Of a stretch of DNA of 52,014 nucleotides, positions 20,401 through 28,716 are shown one piece after another. The position numbers and the translations under genes are program-made. Source of the DNA: Promethearchaeota archaeon (GTDB lineage Archaea > Asgardarchaeota > Lokiarchaeia > Sigyniarchaeales > SOKP01); NCBI GenBank assembly GCA_016930515.1, contig JAFGGO010000022.1, positions 1-52,014 on the forward strand. Direction: 5' to 3'. The notes beneath the pieces are model-generated. The model made no database searches. It saw only the letters and a program-made list of their open reading frames with translations, and was not told the DNA's origin. Position 1 is the stretch's first letter. Every line of letters begins with the position of its first letter.

Positions 20401-22372
20401 AAAAAAGCGCTTAGAATCTTTTAACTTGCTAGATGAGGCAGAAATGCTTCTAAACCAAGGGAAATACGAAGAATCAATCGATTTATACAAGCAAGCAGAA
20501 TTATATTTAAGCGAAATTCAATTTCCTACGGATTCTATTAAAGAAACGATCCAAAAAGTACGGAACAAACAAAAGGAAGACGAATTAAGGAGGATTAAAA
20601 CCGAAGAACAAGCTTTAAGGTCCCAACAAGAGGAAGCCATGTTTCAAAGAACTCTCGTGGAAAAGATGGAATCAGATAAGCTCAAGATGATCAAACGAAA
20701 GAAATCAATAAGAGAACAAGAAGAAATAAGTGCTTTAATGGAAAATAAAAAAAGAAAGGCTTTCGACATGTTAGACGATGCGGAAAACTTCACGAAACAA
20801 GCCTATTACGACAAGGCATTTCAATATTATCGTTGCGCCGAACTTGCTCTAAACGAGATTCATTTTCCTACCGATTCGCTCAGAGAAGTTATTGATAAAG
20901 TTAAACAGATGAAGAATGATGCCGAAAATTTAGAGAAACGAAAACTAGAAGAACAACTTAAGCAGCAGCAAGTTGAACTTGAATATCAAGATAAGATCCT
21001 AGAAAGCACGAAAAAAGAACAAGCAAGGCTTCGTTTTAAAGAATTAAAACTTCGTAAAATGGAAGAAATCAAACAGTCGTTCGAAACTCGGAGAAAGAAT
21101 GCCTTTGAAATACTCGATCAGGCAGAATCAATGCTCCGCAAGAACGAATATGATGGCGCAATTGGGGCATATAGGAAAGCCAGTATCATTTTAAACGAAA
21201 TTAACTTCCCCACCGATTCAATTAAAGAAGCAATTGTAAAAGTTACCAAACTCAAAAAAGCAAAAGAGTTGCGAGAAGAACGAGAGCTTAAGGCTGAACT
21301 TGAACGATTAGACGAAGATAAGCAACTTAAAACAATCATTGAAAAAAGACAAAAAGAAGAACAAAAGAAGAAGATCGCCCAAAAACAAGCCTTAGAAGAG
21401 CGAGAGCGGATGATTCAGGAAAAGGCAAGTCATCGGGAGGTCGCGTATCAACTTCTTGATAAAGCTTCCAAGCACTTAAAAGGCTTAATGCCCGATTACG
21501 ACGCCGCTATCTCTTTATACGCTCAAGCTCGAACAATCCTTACCGAAAATGTTGGTTGGGAGCCAGAAATTAAGCACATTACCGAATTAATAAAGGATCT
21601 CCAAAAAGAAAAAACTAAAATGATCCAGAGAAAGCAACTGGAAGAACAGGCTCAAATAAAAAGACAAAAAGAATACGAGGCGTTTCAAGAAGAGATTCGG
21701 AAAAGACAACTCCTCTTGGAACAGCAAAAACAAGAACAAGAGAAAAACTATCAAGAAATCGTTCAAAAGCGACAAAATTACGATCAATTAAGAGAACAAG
21801 GCTTAAAACTCATTGAAGAGGGTAAAAAATTTGCTTCAAATTACAATTTTTCAAAGGCGTACCAACTATTCGAAGGAGCAATACATAAATTCAAGCAGAT
21901 TGGATGGAACGATGAAATAAGCTATATCCAAACCGAGATTAAGAATACTAGAGCATTAGAATCTAAGATTGAAAGTGAACGACGAAACATGGAAGAACTT
22001 CGGAATGCGGTAAAAATAAAAAAAGAACATGAAAAACAGCAGATAGCAGAACAAGACAAGATTAAAGAAGTTGCTGTGGGAGAAGTTGGAAAAATAACAA
22101 ACCAAGTAACTCAGATGATCGAGCACCAGAAAAAACTTGAATTAGAACGAGCCCAACAAGAACGGGAACGAATTAAAAACGAGGCAAAGGATTTCAGAAC
22201 TAAAATGGGTTCGATGATTCGACTCAAGCAGGATCTCCTATCGGAAATGGAAAAAACAAAAGATCTAGAGCAACAAACAATAAAAAATTTAGAAAAAAAG
22301 AAGGAACAAGAGCACGTGAACGATATTGCTAAAATGATTAAAGAAGCGGCTAAAAAGAAAAAGGAGGATTAA
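17405..22372 (+). CDS. Giant repeat protein: about 14 MIT/TPR-like helical units joined by E/K/R/Q-rich long helices
   Basis: Recurring AF.xLDxA....x.x.AI..Y..A...(F/L)..I.(W/F) unit, ~116-aa period in the central part. Confidence 0.85.
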   Translation: MNTNLEKAENAIKYFELAEKFEESKDWEKAIENYELGVENLKQSGYLSERVEEIYSRIAELNNIISRKKQIQLEKTQDYKDKLEGEAYALLDGAKKLESEGFLQDAIKQYMTAVTAFIKVGWTEQQLESIQTKMLALAEVVDNRRESEAQQQQAASQIIHPTLLTPHFQAGSGVFEGGVKRIETVKKFEDKKKKEQEIQDESFTHLDKARDLEQRGEFDQAIQSYELAIKLLDSIGWVDQTKNLRVAVQKIQQKKLDSERFKTQKMPSLDSETPKTKISTEIQESDKGDRIRKYQELKKKEQAIQTQAFNFLESGNRLERNGNYEEAISQFEKAVELFQSIEWHSYIQPILNFIDNVKEKHQNELQAIEIGKKRQQDLKQLQDSIYLKNKEQFVQSTQALQEKRQKFLEKRRAQLQKEQEFFTLVNKADETLQNAANLDLALHAYQQALDLIKDLGSGWETQVITIQNTIDHVQKLKESQELKLLKEKQKIEEQKREELEFQRQIAEQLEKERNRLREKELVFKEKQEDLQYLQKKKEEAFKFLDTAQIYTRKEDLDKAIHAYQNAAMLFGEIHWSEEIPLIENSITELERRKKEKQLAKQRELQKELERKKQEKALQDEISNQLELERQKIREKRIFLKEREDQLAFQEKKREEAFKFLDRANQLLNESMFEAAIEEYHSAANIFAQINWSDEVNSIQNAIIEIENKKREKNLSELKNIQQKLEKQKEEREFQAFLSNQANIEKEKLKKKTLILREREQELLFREKKKEEAFKFLDRAQKHIIEGQFQEAIDIYNNVVNIFALIQWDDEIVHLKNAIKEIEVKRYQKELAVQQKHQLELKQEIEYDNFVETIKSLKFKQETRQNVQREALIKESKNAAQIQAKQDQAFNIMAEAELLLKQKSFDKSIEKYKTAIDLLKSIGWSEPYLKTLHDGINLIAIKKDQYQKEKQRDLELEKARKDEEFLFQLKISDQMLSEQEKYKTKAIELKKKEVLLKEMEKKRLESFNLLDEAEMLLNQGKYEESIDLYKQAELYLSEIQFPTDSIKETIQKVRNKQKEDELRRIKTEEQALRSQQEEAMFQRTLVEKMESDKLKMIKRKKSIREQEEISALMENKKRKAFDMLDDAENFTKQAYYDKAFQYYRCAELALNEIHFPTDSLREVIDKVKQMKNDAENLEKRKLEEQLKQQQVELEYQDKILESTKKEQARLRFKELKLRKMEEIKQSFETRRKNAFEILDQAESMLRKNEYDGAIGAYRKASIILNEINFPTDSIKEAIVKVTKLKKAKELREERELKAELERLDEDKQLKTIIEKRQKEEQKKKIAQKQALEERERMIQEKASHREVAYQLLDKASKHLKGLMPDYDAAISLYAQARTILTENVGWEPEIKHITELIKDLQKEKTKMIQRKQLEEQAQIKRQKEYEAFQEEIRKRQLLLEQQKQEQEKNYQEIVQKRQNYDQLREQGLKLIEEGKKFASNYNFSKAYQLFEGAIHKFKQIGWNDEISYIQTEIKNTRALESKIESERRNMEELRNAVKIKKEHEKQQIAEQDKIKEVAVGEVGKITNQVTQMIEHQKKLELERAQQERERIKNEAKDFRTKMGSMIRLKQDLLSEMEKTKDLEQQTIKNLEKKKEQEHVNDIAKMIKEAAKKKKED
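19015..19735. repeat. Three identical 25-nt blocks spaced 348 nt apart inside the giant gene
   Basis: GGAAGAAGCCTTCAAATTTCTTGAT at 19015, 19363 and 19711. Confidence 0.9.
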
Positions 22373-22520
22373 ATCGTCAATTTTCGATTCTCTAAATTTT
22401 GAACATCATTTTTTATTTTTTATCTTACTGTAAAAATCTTATACGACTTTTCCTGACTAAAAGGATTTAAATTTTAATGAAAGAATTACTAATATAACAC
22501 TAAAAATTCGAGTAAAAAAT

Positions 22521-24113
22521 ATGGTAGAAAACAACGATCAAATTTTTAAATCTCGGATGTTTGCAAGACAGCAACTCATCGAAGGTTGGGACCAACAAGT
22601 TCTCGAAGACGCTTGCGTGCTTATCATTGGAGTTGGTGCCCTGGGGTGTGAGATAGCCAAGGATTTCGCCTTGATGGGTATTGGCAAACTCGTTTTGGTC
22701 GACTTGGATACGGTTGAGACTTCGAATCTCTCGCGTCAAATGCTCTTTCGGGCAGGAGATGAGGGGAGACCAAAAGCAGAAGTAGCTGCTCAACGACTTA
22801 AAGAAATGAACCCGTATTTGAAGGTTGAATATCACTTTGAGAAATTACAAAAACTTCCAATGTCAGTTTACGAGGAAGCAGATGTTGTCATTGCGGCGCT
22901 GGACAATTTTAACGCTCGTTTGGATCTGAATAAGATTTGTCTCAATATGAAAAAACCCATGATTGAGGGTGGAACGGTAGGTTTTGAAGGACACATTCAA
23001 ATCGTCATTCCAAAGGGCGCTGGTATCGCTTATAAGGATAAAGAGCTTGAAATTGATAAGATCGTTGAGACCGAGCTGTGGTATTTAGACGAGGAAGAAT
23101 ATCCCGAATATTTTGAAGCCGAACGAATGATAGGTGAATTGGAAGAAAAGATCGAAAAATTAAGGGAGAACATCGTAAGACCTATTATCTCGAAAATACG
23201 CTCTCGAGTTGAGGAAGAATTCGACGAAAAACACGCGCCAGAATTGTTAGACCAAACACCTTGTTATCGGTGCGTTGTTCCAATCCCCCCCCCTGATGAC
23301 AAGCTTGTTGCGGCGTGTACATTAAAGGGTTTACCGCGGAATAGGAACCATTGCGTGATAAAAGCAGAAGTGGATTACGAAAAAATTCACGGAAAGAAGC
23401 CTGACCTGACGGTTGACGATCAAGTCGTTGAATTGAAAAAATTGGCCCAAGAACAGTTAGAGCAGCTAAGAGAACGCGTTTTTAAGGAAAATGTTGCTGA
23501 AGAAAAAATGACTGAAATGAGCCCGGAAGAAATACAAGAATGGAAGAATAATATTAAAGAAACCTTCGGTCCAGATTACAAGTTCGAGGAAATGGAAAAT
23601 ATTTTGGGAAACAAGATCGCAGCTATTCAATCGGTAAGTTCCATAATCTCCAGCTTGGAAACCCAAGAAGCCTTGAAAATCCTATTCCGAGTCAAGGGGA
23701 GGGACATCGGACCGCCCATGGATCCTCCATATTTAAATTATAATGGCGTATATGGGTTATTCGAAGGATTAAATATTACTAAAAGAGACGATTGCTTGGC
23801 TTGTGGCAATATAAAAGGAGAGGAAAATGTTCAGATAGTGCTTGAATTTAACGCAAACATCGCAAAAATTTTTTGGGCTTTGAAACAAATCGAAATTCCA
23901 TTGAATCAGGACGAATGGATGATTATTAATCCAGTTACCAAGGAGATTTATTGGGATCCCAATTCAAACAATCCGATTTTTAAGGATTTGAGCGTCCCTC
24001 TTCAAGCAGAATTGAAACTCAGGAATAACGATACCGTCACCTTAACTCCCGTGGGAAATGCTAGGTTAGATTCGGAAATAAAGAAATACAATGTTGTTAT
24101 CCAGTTTATGTGA
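22521..24113 (+). CDS. Ubiquitin-like activating enzyme E1 (ThiF family, UBA3/UBA2-like)
   Basis: GVGALG, DLDTVETSNLSRQMLF, ALDNFNAR, CYRC and CLAC zinc site, catalytic-Cys motif ACTLKGLPRNRNHC. Confidence 0.9.
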   Translation: MVENNDQIFKSRMFARQQLIEGWDQQVLEDACVLIIGVGALGCEIAKDFALMGIGKLVLVDLDTVETSNLSRQMLFRAGDEGRPKAEVAAQRLKEMNPYLKVEYHFEKLQKLPMSVYEEADVVIAALDNFNARLDLNKICLNMKKPMIEGGTVGFEGHIQIVIPKGAGIAYKDKELEIDKIVETELWYLDEEEYPEYFEAERMIGELEEKIEKLRENIVRPIISKIRSRVEEEFDEKHAPELLDQTPCYRCVVPIPPPDDKLVAACTLKGLPRNRNHCVIKAEVDYEKIHGKKPDLTVDDQVVELKKLAQEQLEQLRERVFKENVAEEKMTEMSPEEIQEWKNNIKETFGPDYKFEEMENILGNKIAAIQSVSSIISSLETQEALKILFRVKGRDIGPPMDPPYLNYNGVYGLFEGLNITKRDDCLACGNIKGEENVQIVLEFNANIAKIFWALKQIEIPLNQDEWMIINPVTKEIYWDPNSNNPIFKDLSVPLQAELKLRNNDTVTLTPVGNARLDSEIKKYNVVIQFM

Positions 24114-24263
24114 ACAAATATTAAAAAGTAGATATTATTACGATCACATTTTTTACTCTATTTTTAATTGATTTTTCATTGTTTTGGTATTAAAAATGTT
24201 TAAATAACATAACCCTCTCTAGCTTGTCAGATTTATTTTAAAAATATTCTTTTGCGAAGCATC

Positions 24264-24632
24264 ATGACGAAAAAGAAAGTATTGATCGTGGACGACTCGT
24301 CGTTTTCAAGAGCAATGTTAAAGAAGATCGTGAATTCTACTGATTTTTGTGAAGTGATTGGGGAAGCTTCCAACGGTGAAGAAGCCGTCGAAAAATTCAA
24401 CAATCTAAAACCCGATCTCGTTACTATGGACATTATCATGCCCGTAAAAGGGGGTATAGAGGCAATTAAGGATATCCTGCAAATCGATAAGAAAGCCATA
24501 ATTATCATTGTTTCGACTATAAACGAAGAAACATTAGGTCAAGAGATGCCAAAGGAAGTCAAAGGGTTCGTAAGAAAGCCGTTTAAATCGGATGGCGTTA
24601 TCGAAGTCCTGCAACAAGTTGTAAAAAGCTGA
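24264..24632 (+). CDS. Single-domain response regulator (CheY-like)
   Basis: VLIVDDS, TMDIIMP phosphoacceptor Asp, KPF; ATG 24264 preferred. Confidence 0.9.
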   Translation: MTKKKVLIVDDSSFSRAMLKKIVNSTDFCEVIGEASNGEEAVEKFNNLKPDLVTMDIIMPVKGGIEAIKDILQIDKKAIIIIVSTINEETLGQEMPKEVKGFVRKPFKSDGVIEVLQQVVKS

Positions 24633-24636
24633 TTCT

Positions 24637-25248
24637 TTATTCTATCTTTCGTAGATTAGATGCCAATGAGACGAGTTCATTGATGGGATATGCATCAATC
24701 TTGGCATTTCGTCCCGTTAAAATGTCGCTTTGTAAGTCTCCAAAATATACCATTTCCTCGTTTTTTAAGCCAAACTTATCCTTGATAAGTAACAACCCCT
24801 CTGGATTGGGCTTCCATTTTCTCACGTCTTCCCTGCCCACGATAAAATCGAACTTATCGTAAATCTTTGCGAACTTTAAGGCTTTTTGTACGGTTTTTCT
24901 CATGTTTAGAGATAAAATTGCGAATATGGGCTTGTTCTTGATACCAAACAATTTGTAATTGTTGATAAAAAAAATAGGATCTTCTAGAACCTCAATTTTC
25001 TCTATTTTATCAAGTTCGTATCTTTTTATTAATTCAAAAGTTTTTTCAAGCTCGTTTTCGTCTCCCTTGCTCACGATTATATCGAGATATTCAGACACTC
25101 GTTTAAAAGTCCTTTTTTCACCATAGTTATCCAAGCACCTCTTACTTAATTTCTTACGTAGATCGTCCCAATTCACTTTAAGGTGTAAAATAGTACCATC
25201 TAAATCAAAAATAATCGCTTTTTTATTACTAAACACGCTAATCATCAT
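24637..25248 (-). CDS. HAD-superfamily phosphatase
   Basis: FDLDGT, KPNP, FGDLQSD. Confidence 0.9.
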   Translation of the reverse strand: MMISVFSNKKAIIFDLDGTILHLKVNWDDLRKKLSKRCLDNYGEKRTFKRVSEYLDIIVSKGDENELEKTFELIKRYELDKIEKIEVLEDPIFFINNYKLFGIKNKPIFAILSLNMRKTVQKALKFAKIYDKFDFIVGREDVRKWKPNPEGLLLIKDKFGLKNEEMVYFGDLQSDILTGRNAKIDAYPINELVSLASNLRKIE

Positions 25249-25462
25249 AAAATATCTTTATTTTTGGTAATACTGGCTAGTTTAAAGATTTTGACCTCCT
25301 AAAATTCTTCAATAACGATTACACATTCTTGCTTTTTCAGGGACAATCGAAATCTTTATAATAAAAAGCTTTACTTTATGATTACAACTTCGATTATTTA
25401 TTAATGAATGTCTTAAATAATGGTTGTAATTCAAAAATCTCTAAGTTCTCGGGATATTTTAA

Positions 25463-26371
25463 ATGATGATGGAAAATATTGCTCAAAAAATAAGAATTCT
25501 CCTAAAAGGCTTCCCTCTCGTTCAATCAATGTTTTACTTCGGTTATCGAGTTGTTACTGATACAAAATCAAAACTTAAGATTATGCGCGGAAACTGCGCT
25601 CTATGCGGTAAATCAACGCTTATGATGTTTGAACGATATAATTTACGAGAGTCGGGATGGTGTCTCTTTTGCTCGGCCAGTACGAGGTATAAAGTAATTG
25701 GAGAACTCGTGAAAAGGCTTATTGTTATCAAGACAATAGGATATCAAAAAAAGATTAACCCGTTGGAATTAAAAAACTTAATAAATAAGCTCAACTTGAA
25801 GAAATATCCCCTTAAAACGATTGTAAAAGTTAATAAATCTCGTGATTTCAAGATTTATGAACCAAGCACATTAGGGGCGATACATAATTCTTTAAAAAAA
25901 TCGAAAATTCTTATCTCGAGCGAATTTTTTCCCGATCCTCACCTGAAAAGCGGTGATGTGTTTAAAAACGTGCTTTTTGAAGATCTCCAATCGCTTTCTT
26001 TCCCAGATAATTATTTTGACTTGGTTATAACGCAAGATGTGCTCGAACACGTGCAAAAACCATTTAAAGCTTTTGGAGAAATTCATCGCGTCTTGAAACC
26101 GGAGGGCATTCATCTATTCACGGTTCCTATAGGAAATAATAAAAAAACCTTTCATTATTTTGACGAAAACGGGAAACAACTGGTTCAAAATTTAGTTTAT
26201 CATGTTGATCCATTACGGACCGAAGGAGCACTTGTTTTTACCCAATTTGGTACCGACATTGTAGATAAGTTAAACGATTACCAATTCTCGTCGTTTTTCT
26301 ATCGCTCGGATATCGACCCTCGTTCGGGCTTTTTAGGCCCTGTTAGGTTGATAATTTCAATAAAAAAATAA
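25463..26371 (+). CDS. Class I SAM-dependent methyltransferase-like protein with N-terminal Cys4 zinc ribbon
   Basis: CALC...CLFC; DLQSLSFPDNYFDLVITQDVLEHV...LKPEG. Confidence 0.75.
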   Translation: MMMENIAQKIRILLKGFPLVQSMFYFGYRVVTDTKSKLKIMRGNCALCGKSTLMMFERYNLRESGWCLFCSASTRYKVIGELVKRLIVIKTIGYQKKINPLELKNLINKLNLKKYPLKTIVKVNKSRDFKIYEPSTLGAIHNSLKKSKILISSEFFPDPHLKSGDVFKNVLFEDLQSLSFPDNYFDLVITQDVLEHVQKPFKAFGEIHRVLKPEGIHLFTVPIGNNKKTFHYFDENGKQLVQNLVYHVDPLRTEGALVFTQFGTDIVDKLNDYQFSSFFYRSDIDPRSGFLGPVRLIISIKK

Positions 26372-26498
26372 AAAACTATACATTATAGATTAATTTAAAT
26401 CATTTTAGGGTAAATTATTTATTCTTCCTATTTTTAAATTGATTAATTCAAATTTGTTAATATATCTAAAGAAAAAGTGAGAAAAAAATCGGTTAAAA

Positions 26499-27017
26499 TT
26501 AATCCATTGCGTATTTCTGAGTCCATTTCTTCGCTTTTTCGAAGAATTTCTTTTGGTTCCTGAAATATTGCTCTCCCGCCTCGTGATTGAGGGGATCGCC
26601 AGGATTGAAAAACGGAGGCTCGACGTGCATCATGCCTTTCAAGGCCTCGATGATGTTGGTTAACGTCTTGCTTGGGGTCCACCCGGATGCGCCCGTAGAA
26701 GCGTCAACCTTGCCGACCAGGTCGGGATTGATCAAGTCGAGGCAAATGTTTAATTTTCCTGGTGGTATGCTCGAATCGATGTTAGGGTGCCACATCAAGG
26801 TTACCGCATATGCGTAGGGCGGTTGGAAGGGATAATTTTCGGGAAACTTGATTTCAAACACGAACTTGCCTTTTTCGTATGGGGTTTTTTCCTTGCCGAT
26901 GATGGTCAAGCGTAAGTGATCGATGCTCCTTCCCCAAGGCTCGAGAATGACGAGCTTATCTTCTTTATACGCTTCTAAAGCCTCGGTATAGTCTGTCTCT
27001 TCTCTAATCGTAATCAC
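26499..27017 (-). CDS. Ubiquitin-conjugating enzyme E2 (UBC)
   Basis: TPYEKGKF, FPENYPFQPP, WHPNI, catalytic ICLD, WTP, PLNHEA. Confidence 0.95.
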   Translation of the reverse strand: MITIREETDYTEALEAYKEDKLVILEPWGRSIDHLRLTIIGKEKTPYEKGKFVFEIKFPENYPFQPPYAYAVTLMWHPNIDSSIPPGKLNICLDLINPDLVGKVDASTGASGWTPSKTLTNIIEALKGMMHVEPPFFNPGDPLNHEAGEQYFRNQKKFFEKAKKWTQKYAMD

Positions 27018-27285
27018 ACTCGCAGAATTAAATTGTCAAATAGTTGTATTCTAATTTTATAACATTAAAATAGTTTAATTGTTTAAATAATTTTTCATGA
27101 CGATAAAGGTTTATTTAGGATGAAAAATGCCCTTTCCGCAGATTGTTAAATTGAACTTGTTTAGTTTAAAGAACGATCCTTCAGAATAATTAAATAATCT
27201 GAAATATAAATAAAACTACCAAGAACTGTCTTGATAATTTTATAATACTTGCAAACCGCAATCAAAACACTGAATAGTTGGAACG

Positions 27286-28335
27286 ATGACATGTCACGAA
27301 ATCTTTTATAAATCTTCCGAACACATGAAAAAGCTTGAGAACGATTCCATTGCACTCATGTTAACCTCTCCGCCATATCCAATGATTGAAATGTGGGACG
27401 AGGCTTTTTCCGCTCGAAATCCTGATATCGGTTTGGCGTTAGAAAAAAGAAACGCGAAGGAAGCGTTCTTGCTCATGCACGACGAACTCAATAAAACTTG
27501 GAAGGAAGTTTATCGAGTATTGATGCCGGGTGGTATCGCTTGCGTGAATATTGGAGATGCAACAAGAAATGTCGATAATACTTTCTGCCTTTATCCCTCT
27601 CACGCTTTAATAGTGAATTCTTTCTTTAAATTAGGATTTCAATCCTTGCCAGAAATTTTGTGGAGAAAGCAAACGAACGCTCCTAATAAGTTCATGGGTT
27701 CGGGAATGATGCCTCCAGGAGCATATGTTACCCTCGAACACGAGTTTATATTGTTGTTCAGAAAAGGAGCAAAACGAGAGTTTAACGGGTCAGATATGAA
27801 AAAAAAAAGGCGAGAAAGCGCGTATTTTTGGGAGGAGCGAAATAGGTGGTTTTCAGATGTGTGGACGAAATTACAAGGAACCAATCAGAAATTAGACGAC
27901 GGAAGCATTGAAGATGTGGGAAAGACGAGAGAAAGAAGTGCTGCCTATCCTTTTGAATTAGCTTATCGCTTGATTAACATGTTTTCAATCAAGGGAGACT
28001 TGGTTCTTGACCCTTTCCTTGGCACGGGTACGACCACCCTTGCGGCGATGATTTCTGAACGAAATAGCGTTGGTTACGAAATCGATCCCAATTTCAAGGA
28101 GGTCATCGAACGCCGAATTAACGGTATTGTTGCGTTTGGGAACGATTACATCGACCAAAGGATCGAATCGCACGTGAACTTTATAAAAGAACGAGTGGCA
28201 CGAAAGGGTCCCTCGAAATATTACAATAAATGCCACGATTTTGCCGTTATCACCCGTCAAGAAAAATTACTTCAATTGTGCAAATTAAGCTCAATTCAGA
28301 AACAAAACGAGAATAAGTACATCGTCATGTATTAA
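27286..28335 (+). CDS. Solitary amino-DNA methyltransferase, beta class, probably N4-cytosine
   Basis: Catalytic TSPPY precedes SAM-binding DPFLGTGTT. Confidence 0.9.
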   Translation: MTCHEIFYKSSEHMKKLENDSIALMLTSPPYPMIEMWDEAFSARNPDIGLALEKRNAKEAFLLMHDELNKTWKEVYRVLMPGGIACVNIGDATRNVDNTFCLYPSHALIVNSFFKLGFQSLPEILWRKQTNAPNKFMGSGMMPPGAYVTLEHEFILLFRKGAKREFNGSDMKKKRRESAYFWEERNRWFSDVWTKLQGTNQKLDDGSIEDVGKTRERSAAYPFELAYRLINMFSIKGDLVLDPFLGTGTTTLAAMISERNSVGYEIDPNFKEVIERRINGIVAFGNDYIDQRIESHVNFIKERVARKGPSKYYNKCHDFAVITRQEKLLQLCKLSSIQKQNENKYIVMY

Positions 28336-28375
28336 TGGATTAATACTATTATTCTTTTTTAAAAGAGAAAAATAG

Positions 28376-28498
28376 TCCCCCCACCCGGATTTGAGCCGGG
28401 GACCTCACGGTATCGGCTGACGCAATTTCACGGGCTCGTGCCTCGTTGCGCGATATTTATCTACAGCCGCGCGCTCTAACCAACTGAGCTATGGGGGG
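28376..28498 (-). tRNA. tRNA-Tyr(GTA) with a ~49-nt anticodon-loop intron (about 28412-28460); CCA not encoded
   Basis: Acceptor CCCCCCA/TGGGGGG with discriminator A (C1-G72, A73 archaeal Tyr identity), D-arm GCTC/GAGC, anticodon stem CGCGG/CCGTG, anticodon GTA at 28462-28464, T-stem CCCGG/CCGGG. Confidence 0.92.
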
Positions 28499-28716
28499 TT
28501 GTTCTTGCGTATCAGTCATGTGTTTCAAATGAATGATATCACGCGACTAACTTGTTAATTTAAATTCAAGATCCGAAATAAATGTTTCCAATAGATTGTA
28601 CTTGAATTAGATACACTTTGACGATTTATCATGCTGATTTTTTTCAAACGTGTCTAAAAGCGTTAAATAGAAACCCATCCTATTTATTCTATAATTATTA
28701 AAAATGTGAATTAGTC

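Noticed and set aside
27006-27025. Third possible ATT start (27008) for the E2 gene behind GAGTGTGA
   Set aside because: An in-frame GTG at 27017 is available, so a non-canonical start is not required; unresolved
28412-28460. tRNA intron as a C/D box guide RNA
   Set aside because: No RUGAUGA or CUGA boxes on the transcribed strand
27286-28498. Integrated element at tRNA-Tyr
   Set aside because: No integrase and no duplicated tRNA 3' end (att site) found by eye in the window
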